Shown piece by piece: positions 56,268 to 64,000 of a stretch of 64,000 bases of DNA. The stretch is from an uncultured Bacteroidales bacterium. GTDB taxonomy: Bacteria; Bacteroidota; Bacteroidia; Bacteroidales; UBA932. The notes beneath the pieces were generated by a model. That model saw nothing but the letters and a program-made list of their open reading frames with translations. It was not told the origin of the DNA and ran no database searches. The stretch is from positions 27,063-91,062 of the forward strand of contig CAMJBH010000002.1 of the NCBI GenBank assembly GCA_946403855.1, given 5' to 3'. The translations under genes and the position numbers were made by a program. How positions within the stretch are numbered: position 1 is the stretch's first letter; each line of letters starts with the position of its first letter.

Positions 56268-56669
56268 ATGAAAGTACCAAAATTGACATTGGGTTCTATA
56301 CCAGCACTTGTATCCTCTATTTTCTGGGGGACATTGGGTTTTTATGTCGCTATCTATGAACTGATTGACTTCTTTGTCAATGTTTGGACTTATCCCGACT
56401 TGATGGATATGACCGCATTGTTCTTCTTGATTGGCTTAACCTTGGTGGGGTCTGCCATTCTACAATGGAATAAGAGAAAGAATATTAAGATAGCCACAAA
56501 TATCTATCTGATTCTCATTTCGCTGGGGATGATTCCTATTTCTATGATAGGTGCCGCTTCTGCTCATACATCTACGTCATTGTTTGCGAAGGTCTTTCCT
56601 TGGGTTGGTGTTGCTCTTTCACTTCTTTGTATTCTTTATGCTCTTATCGAGAAGCCACAGAAACAATAG
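56268..56669 (+). CDS. Hypothetical 4-TM membrane protein, AT-rich
   Basis: 133-aa ORF with four hydrophobic segments. Confidence 0.7.
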   Translation: MKVPKLTLGSIPALVSSIFWGTLGFYVAIYELIDFFVNVWTYPDLMDMTALFFLIGLTLVGSAILQWNKRKNIKIATNIYLILISLGMIPISMIGAASAHTSTSLFAKVFPWVGVALSLLCILYALIEKPQKQ

Positions 56670-56708
56670 GCACTTGAATAGCGTTAGTTTATTACAAAAT
56701 AATAAGAT

Positions 56709-56741
56709 GGAACGCTTCTCCTACCCCGGGGAGGCGTTTTC
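56709..56741 (+). terminator. Terminator-like hairpin
   Basis: AACGCTTCTCC-TACCCC-GGGGAGGCGTT followed by TT. Confidence 0.65.
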
Positions 56742-56765
56742 AATGTTAAAATGATGCATTTTGGA

Positions 56766-57120
56766 GCGGTGGCGGGCATCTTGCTGAGTGTCAGGCACTT
56801 CCGGAATCTGCCTGCACGAAAAATGATGCAGGCAAAAGTAGCAAGACGCTGTGGACTAGTTAGTTAGCCGCCACCGCGAAATCTATTAAGAAACGGCTTT
56901 ATTCCTGCTGGCACGAAACTTCAAGTTGAAGTTAGAAAGCCCGGTCTTGCCCGCGTGAATTCGTACATTCGGATTCAAAACGTTAAGCCAGTGAAAGTCC
57001 GGTATTACTATAGACGCTCTCAGGAAGCGAAAGTAGTATCTGTCCGGATTAGTACCAAGTAAAGTAGCCTTCTTCCGTCCCTGCAGCACGGGGAGAGCTT
57101 CGGCCCTCCTTTTTCTCTTT
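56766..57120 (+). ncRNA. Candidate structured non-coding RNA, family unrecognised
   Basis: No credible ORF, many nested complementary segments (see findings), and a terminal cUUCGg hairpin with U tract. Confidence 0.5.
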
Positions 57121-57275
57121 ATGTTAATGCATGCGGCTACAATGCCATCGGCATTATTTTTGGTGTATTCGACTCCTTTGATGACGGATACGTAGTTTCT
57201 GGCGAAACTGTTTTTATTCCTCGTATGCGTTCCAAGAGAAAGAGGTGATTGATGGATCGATAGAATAGATATAAT

Positions 57276-58154
57276 ATGAGATACAGTTTTGTAATTGTCC
57301 TTTGTATTGTAATTCTTAACACTTTTACTGTCAGTGCTCAGGATCGGCTGCATACTGCAGATGCTTTAGAATATGCTATATCGCAAGAACGTCAGTTGGA
57401 ATTAAAGACCGTGTTAGGGGATAACGAGTCTTTGTGTGATGGCGCATTTATCGATGAAAGCAATTGCCGGGGTTTTAGGATTGATCTGAATAAATCTATA
57501 ATCACACTTACTAAGTACTCTCTTGGTTATGAAGATGATAACTGGCGCTTGAGGAATTCAAAGAGCTATTCGGTTGTTATTAATCGTTCCGTTTGCACTA
57601 GATTGTCTTGGCTGTATAACCTTGCAGTTTCTACGTCATCTCCACAGAATCCGCCTTCCGTTATGGATGGAGAACCGTGCTCTTTTGTCTTCGAGAATAT
57701 GATTGCTGATTGGAACTGCAATGGCTCGTATTCGTTAATAGAACTATCCAGAAAAGTATGTAATGCTGTCGAGAGTGCAAATCCAGCTGCGCTTAATGCG
57801 TTGAAAGACAGCATCGAGCATCTGATAAATGATTATAAACAATTCGCCAGTTTGGAGGTGGTGTCGGATTCAGATGTATATTATATTGGCGTTGGAAGTC
57901 TTATGGGCCCTTTCAGTGTCAGTGTATCCTTATATCCAAATGCTGTGTCTGCCATTGACGAAAAGACTGTCAGAGAGTTTGCCGGATTCTTATTAGAAAA
58001 GAGTATGCACCCATTTCATTATCACATTACAGTGACTGATGACTCGGATTGGTTTAAAGTCAGTGGCTCTGGGACATTTATTGATATAGGGATTAGGAGA
58101 AAGGATTGTTCACTAGAAAAGCTAAAACGTATGAGCCAGGGGTGGATATGGTAA
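57276..58154 (+). CDS. Hypothetical secreted protein, AT-rich
   Basis: 292-aa ORF with signal peptide ending VSAQ. Confidence 0.7.
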   Translation: MRYSFVIVLCIVILNTFTVSAQDRLHTADALEYAISQERQLELKTVLGDNESLCDGAFIDESNCRGFRIDLNKSIITLTKYSLGYEDDNWRLRNSKSYSVVINRSVCTRLSWLYNLAVSTSSPQNPPSVMDGEPCSFVFENMIADWNCNGSYSLIELSRKVCNAVESANPAALNALKDSIEHLINDYKQFASLEVVSDSDVYYIGVGSLMGPFSVSVSLYPNAVSAIDEKTVREFAGFLLEKSMHPFHYHITVTDDSDWFKVSGSGTFIDIGIRRKDCSLEKLKRMSQGWIW

Positions 58155-58208
58155 TAGTATTATTTTTTATCTTTGCCAAGATTCCAGTGAAACCCAACCG
58201 TGAAAATT

Positions 58209-58721
58209 ATGCCTTCCAACACCGTTTTGATTATCCTCCTGATTTTAGCCGGTGTGGCTCTTTTTGTTTATCAGCGAAGAGGCAGACCGGATCGAGTGAG
58301 ATTGACGGAAACCCAGCAAGATCCATTATATTGGGAAATCATGTCTCTTTGTAGACCAGTTGACGAGTGTGAAGTTGATACTAACGCTGCTGTTAGCCGC
58401 TTGTCTCAAGAAGAGGACGAGGTGATTTTCAGATTTGAAGATACGCTGGCAGATTTACTGGCGTTGTTAAACAAGCCCTATTATATTCACTCATTCATTA
58501 AGAAGAACCCAAGCGAAGATGATGCATTCTTGTATGCTCGTTGCACGGCAATGATTCACGGGATAGAGTTTTTCAAACGAGTTCTCGAGGGAAAGGAAAA
58601 AGATTTTTGGGCTAATGAAAGTGAAAGTGTTTTATATATTGCCAAGGAGGCGTGGGCAATGAAGCATGGGTCTGATATAGAGAGTTTCCCTCACTCATCG
58701 AAAACTGCTCTGTATTTATAA
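58209..58721 (+). CDS. DUF4240-like protein with N-terminal TM
   Basis: YWEIM..C, LSQ....IFRFEDTL, SEDDAFLYARC..I..G, ESVLYIA..AW pattern. TATCTTTG box upstream. Confidence 0.7.
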   Translation: MPSNTVLIILLILAGVALFVYQRRGRPDRVRLTETQQDPLYWEIMSLCRPVDECEVDTNAAVSRLSQEEDEVIFRFEDTLADLLALLNKPYYIHSFIKKNPSEDDAFLYARCTAMIHGIEFFKRVLEGKEKDFWANESESVLYIAKEAWAMKHGSDIESFPHSSKTALYL

Positions 58722-59128
58722 CTTCGCTGTTTAGCCCGAGTTTCTAACTGAGCAAATATAACATGAGCTACAAGGCGAACTTCCTTTTCGTCACGGGGAT
58801 GTACTTTTGTCTCCGGGAAATCCTTCAACCCGTAAATTGCGAGAGTATGGCATAATACGATGATGATTACTACGACGCCTACTGGAACATCGACTGAGAC
58901 GATTCCTGCTTTTCCCATGAACTGTTACATGCAGGTACACTCAGTTATGGCCAAATCGAAGCAAGACTTGCAGACTTTACACAGTCATAAAACCTGTGGG
59001 AAAGGCCGTCATAATTGGCGAGAAGAAGTTTCAGGCCCAAATGGAAGAAAAGAAAAACGGCGCATAAGTCTTGCTGGTTCAGCATCTTTTGATTATATTT
59101 GTATCCCGGTTTTGAAAAATTCCGGGTT

Positions 59129-60735
<1,607 letters not shown>

Positions 60736-60739
<4 letters not shown>

Positions 60740-60897
60740 CAGAACCCGTCCTCAATGCCCACAAAAAGGAGGAATACCCTCCGGCACATACTGCCGAACA
60801 CATCCTCAACGCCACGATTTCGAAGATGGCCGGTGGAGAGTCAGGTGGAAGGTATTATGAAACCGAGAAAGAAACAGAAGAAACTCCGCATCACTGA
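60736..60897 (+). pseudogene. 5' fragment of an AlaX/ThrRS-AlaRS editing-domain-like gene
   Basis: MTEPVLNAHKKEEYPPAHTAEHILNAT carries the HxxxH motif and overlaps the pyrG stop. Similarity ends after about 28 codons. Confidence 0.6.
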
Positions 60898-61051
60898 AGC
60901 CGACTTCATGCTGGCCAACAGGAGGGCTGCCCGTCTGGAGGAGATCGAGCAGCACGGGAAGCCCGTTTCCTTCCGGAAGGTCCTGCAGAAATCAAAGAAG
61001 GCCTATAACCGCAAGAGGTTTAAGAATGAGATTCCGTCGGATTTTCAGTAA
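60857..61051 (+). CDS. Small, highly basic 64-aa protein
   Basis: MKPRKKQKKLRITEADFMLANRRAARLEEIEQHGKPVSFRKVLQKSKKAYNRKRFK. ATG 60857 preferred over 60755. Confidence 0.7.
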   Translation: MKPRKKQKKLRITEADFMLANRRAARLEEIEQHGKPVSFRKVLQKSKKAYNRKRFKNEIPSDFQ

Positions 61052-61077
61052 ATTCGCAAGATAAATCCGTCACAACC

Positions 61078-61953
61078 ATGAAACGCTTTTTAGCTTTATT
61101 CGCTGCCGCAATGTCACTATTCGCCTGCAACTCTTCCTCTGAGGTCCCTTTCACGGAGGTGAAGAATTATTTCTTCCGGAATGATGCTACGATTCCTTCT
61201 TCCCCGAAGATTGACTCCCAACAGCAGTTTGAATCCCTTTTTGGCGCGGCCGCTTTCATGGGAAAGGGCGGAGAGCCGACAGAGATCGACTTCGAAAAGG
61301 AGTTCGTCATTGCCGTTGTTTGCCCGGTAACGGATGTGGCGACGGAACTTGCCGCCGAGTCCCTTCACAAGGCTGGCGACAAGCTGGTATTCACGTACCG
61401 GGAGACAAGAGGGGAGAGGCAGAGCTGGTCCATGCAACCGGTGCTTCTTGTCAAGGTTGACCGGAAGAATGATTGTCAGGACATTATCCTCTCTCGCGAA
61501 CTCCACGAGGAAACATGCAATCCCATCGAGTATAAATCCTTCAACCAAGATAACATGCAAAGAGTAAGAGATTTCCTGCACGAGGCAGGCGTTTATTTCC
61601 TCGCGACCGTGGACGGTGACACTCCGCAGGTGCGTCCCTTCGGCACGGCCGAGATCATCGAGGGTAAACTCTATATCCAGACCGGACATGTCAAGAACGT
61701 CGCCAAGCAGATTGCGGCCAATCCGAAGGTTGCCATCTGCGCCTACAAGGCCGATGAAGGCCGATGGCTTCGCATCAGCGCAACGCTCGTGGAAGATCCG
61801 CGCGTGGAAGTTAAGAAGGCTATGCTGGATGCCAATCCCGGGCTCAGGAGCATGTATGACGAGAACGACAGCAACACCGCCGTCTATTTCCTCAAGGACG
61901 CAAAGGCGACCATTAACTCCTTCACTGCTGAACCCATAGAGATTGATTTCTAG
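61078..61953 (+). CDS. Lipoprotein domain fused to a pyridoxamine-5'-phosphate-oxidase-like (flavin-binding split barrel) domain
   Basis: Lipobox LFAC. The second half starts MQRVRDFL..YFLATVDGDTPQVRPFG..KNVAKQIAANPKVAIC. Confidence 0.75.
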   Translation: MKRFLALFAAAMSLFACNSSSEVPFTEVKNYFFRNDATIPSSPKIDSQQQFESLFGAAAFMGKGGEPTEIDFEKEFVIAVVCPVTDVATELAAESLHKAGDKLVFTYRETRGERQSWSMQPVLLVKVDRKNDCQDIILSRELHEETCNPIEYKSFNQDNMQRVRDFLHEAGVYFLATVDGDTPQVRPFGTAEIIEGKLYIQTGHVKNVAKQIAANPKVAICAYKADEGRWLRISATLVEDPRVEVKKAMLDANPGLRSMYDENDSNTAVYFLKDAKATINSFTAEPIEIDF

Positions 61954-61974
61954 GCTATCAACGGAGTTCGGGAG

Positions 61975-62232
61975 ATGCTGACCGCCTTTGATATTTATCT
62001 CATCGGTATCAATGTGTTGACCTTCGTCATCTACGGCGCGGACAAATGGAAGGCCCGGAGGGACAAGTGGCGCATCCCCGAAGAAACTCTCATATGACTT
62101 GCCATCGTCGGAGGCAGTATCGGCGCTCTGCTTGGGATGCATCTGTTTAGGCACAAGACAAAACACAAGAAGTTCCTGATAGGGATTCCGGTGATACTGC
62201 TGATTCAGGTAGTCCTGATTCTCTATTTCTAG
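61975..62232 (+). pseudogene. DUF1294 family membrane protein with in-frame stop
   Basis: YGADKWKARRDKWRIPEETLI*LAIVGGSIGALLGMHLFRHKTKH; TGA at 62095-62097. Confidence 0.85.
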
Positions 62233-62242
62233 AAATGATTTT

Positions 62243-62779
62243 ATGAAGAAAGTACTTATCATCGCGGGCAGTCCCCGCAAAGACGGCAACTCGGACCTCC
62301 TGGCCCAGCAGTTCGCCAAGGGTGCCGCAGAGAGCGGCAATGAAGTGGAAATCGTGTATCTCCGCGACAAAAAGTTAAACTATTGCAAGGGATGCCTTGT
62401 ATGTCTCAAGAAAGGGGAGTGCTTCCAGAAGGACGATGCCAACAGCCTGCTTCCGAAGATGATGGAGGCAGATGTCGTGTGCTTCTCCTGCCCGGTGTAT
62501 TACTACTCGGTCTGCGGGCAGATGAAGGTCTTCCTGGACAGGATGAATCCGCTGTATGGCAAACTGAAGGACAAGGATTTCTACTACATGGTCACTGCCC
62601 AGGACGACAACAAGGCGCAGCTTGACAGGGCCTTCGATGTATTCGACGGCTTTGCTGATTGCTTTGATGACATCCGCCGCTGCGGACGTGTCTACGGAGG
62701 TGGCGCCGACAAGAAGGGTGAAGTCAAGGATCTCCCCGCTTTTGAAGAAGCCTATCAGTTGGGACTGTCAATTAAGTGA
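62243..62779 (+). CDS. Flavodoxin-family / iron-sulfur flavoprotein (NADPH-dependent FMN reductase-like)
   Basis: GSPRKDGNS, CKGCLVC..KGEC, PVYYYSVCGQMKVFLDR. Confidence 0.88.
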   Translation: MKKVLIIAGSPRKDGNSDLLAQQFAKGAAESGNEVEIVYLRDKKLNYCKGCLVCLKKGECFQKDDANSLLPKMMEADVVCFSCPVYYYSVCGQMKVFLDRMNPLYGKLKDKDFYYMVTAQDDNKAQLDRAFDVFDGFADCFDDIRRCGRVYGGGADKKGEVKDLPAFEEAYQLGLSIK

Positions 62780-63265
62780 TGATAACGGTTGCCTGCGATG
62801 GCATAGCCACTACACAGCGGCATACGGAATATACGGGATGTGGTTGTAAAGCTTTGATGATTTGCTTCCAACGTGAGAAAGATGGTAAGCTAAAGAATCC
62901 AGTTTGGAAAGCTTTTATTAGACAGTACCTGCGTAGTACGTACAACTAAACGATACAACTATAAACACTATTTCCGAAGGGGATAAATATAGAGTCATTC
63001 GTTATAGAAGTTTCGATCTTGTGAACAAAAAAGGCTGATAGGAATACATATAAAAGTTTAAGAGAAATCTATAAATATGAAATACAAGAGTACTATCTAT
63101 ATTGCGTCGTTGGCTCTTTGGGCTCTGACTTTATCTTGTTGGCGTGTTTGCAATTAAAGCGGCTATCCACTCTGTCGGGCTTCGCCCTCCGAATTTGTTT
63201 TTCTAATATTATTCCCTGTTTTGCAGAAAAGTAAGTAATTCATATTTTTCTTATTATTTGAGGGT

Positions 63266-63529
63266 ATGGCAACAATAGCAACAATGTCATCGAGAGGGCA
63301 AATCGTACTTCCCATCTCAATCAGCAGGGAACTTGGTCTTGGGGAGGGCTCACAGTTTCTGGTAGTGACAGACAATGAGAATATCCTCCTTAAACCCGTC
63401 AAGGAACCATCCCTGGATGAATTCTATTCACTGATCGAGCAGGCGCAGAAAACTGCTGCACAACTTGGACTTACAGAGGAGGAGATTTATGCGGAGATTA
63501 AAGCGATGAGCTCCGAGAAGCGCAAATGA
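63266..63529 (+). CDS. AbrB/MazE/SpoVT family antitoxin
   Basis: MSSRGQIVLP....ELGL.EG..F.V....ILLKP swapped-hairpin motif. Confidence 0.85.
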   Translation: MATIATMSSRGQIVLPISISRELGLGEGSQFLVVTDNENILLKPVKEPSLDEFYSLIEQAQKTAAQLGLTEEEIYAEIKAMSSEKRK

Positions 63530-63660
63530 GAATAGTCATAGATACAAATGTCATAGCTTCCGCCGTTTTCTATGGGGACAGCGACTTGCTCTCCATCGGT
63601 AACTACGGGGACATCGAGATACTTACTGTCGCCGATTTCTTGAGTCGCTTGAAGGATTAG
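63526..63660 (+). pseudogene. PIN-domain toxin remnant with large in-frame internal deletion
   Basis: MRIVIDTNVIASAVFY is joined directly to GDSDLLSIGNYGDIEILTVADFL, giving only 44 aa. The start overlaps the antitoxin stop (ATGA). Confidence 0.8.
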
Positions 63661-63720
63661 ATAATCGGTCAAGCTTCTTCAAATCCTCAAAACAGTTCGA
63701 GAATTTACCTGATTTTATTA

Positions 63721-63918
63721 TATCTGTTTCGTAATTTGTTCCATTGTGCTCATCTCATTATTCTTTATCTTTGTACCTACAACAACATAGCGGAACGATG
63801 GCGAATGTAAATGGAGAACAGGAACGGATGGTCGTACATCTAGAAATCGACGGCCAGTATGACTACTGCGGGAACCGGTGGCCACTGGGACAAAGATGCC
63901 CTCGGGGTCGGGTACGCC
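63721..63918 (+). repeat. ~200-bp direct repeat, copy 2
   Basis: Matches 55996-56199. Confidence 0.9.
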
Positions 63919-64000
63919 CAATTTGAAGAATCTAAATATTTCGGCAGAAAAACCTTTCATGAATTCAAAGTGCATAATTTGAAAAGGTATTATCGTGACG
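63798..64000 (+). pseudogene. Frameshifted second copy of the small protein, running off the window
   Basis: MANVNGEQERMVVHLEIDGQYDYCGN / HWDKDALGVGYA / LKNLNISAEKPFMNSKCII*KGIIVT spread over shifted frames. Confidence 0.6.

Noticed and set aside
56990-57005. GAAAGTCCGG resembling RNase P RNA or group II intron domain I
   Set aside because: The RNase P GAGGAAAGTCC context and 3' P4 strand are missing, and no group II domain V is present.
56886-57353. 155-aa minus-strand ORF over the candidate ncRNA
   Set aside because: It overlaps the 57276 gene antisense, has no recognisable motif and crosses a plus-strand terminator; probably spurious.
58763-59067. Possible metallopeptidase remnant (FSHELLH in a frame with two stops)
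   Set aside because: Only a short HExxH match in a broken frame. It cannot be supported without a homology search.
62780-63200. AT-rich stretch with a lipoprotein-signal-like mini ORF (MKYKSTIYIASLALWALTLSC) and a tiny GGGC-TTC-GCCC hairpin
   Set aside because: Too short and degenerate to call; likely debris of deleted genes.

Overview
Chromosomal window of a Bacteroidales bacterium. Support: TAnnTTTG -7 promoter boxes, AT-rich leaders without Shine-Dalgarno sequences, and many lipoproteins; a rumen/gut RC9-Cryptobacteroides-like lineage is my inference. Most of the window is housekeeping: ppdK 3' part, typA-yceD-rpmF-tRNA-Arg, acyl-CoA ligase-dCMP deaminase-S41 protease, tonB-like-udk-asnS-exbD/exbD/exbB, ansA-tatD-dprA-queA, rsmF-cls, lolE-like-SLT-porin, ftsB-like-tmk, sppA, hisS, initiator tRNA-Met and pyrG. 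Three accessory areas stand out. (1) 4175-13840 is a cell-surface locus: a collagen-like (GDK)n giant lipoprotein, a small lipoprotein, a DUF1573-like protein, an unannotated 42-aa YxxP peptide, a lipoprotein with tandem CLec-like domains and an OmpA with a long Ala-rich spacer. (2) 24745-26499 holds a REP-associated tyrosine transposase with a coupled 117-aa unknown gene, bracketed by two REP-doublet palindromes and followed by an exact 53-bp duplication. (3) 55996-64000 is a decayed variable region behind tRNA-Met, bracketed by ~200-bp direct repeats. It contains an ORF-free, highly base-paired ~350-nt candidate ncRNA, pyrG, a small basic protein with an ArfA-like tail, and several pseudogenes. 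No CRISPR array, integrase, reverse transcriptase or rRNA was seen. All protein family calls come from motif recognition by eye, not database searches.
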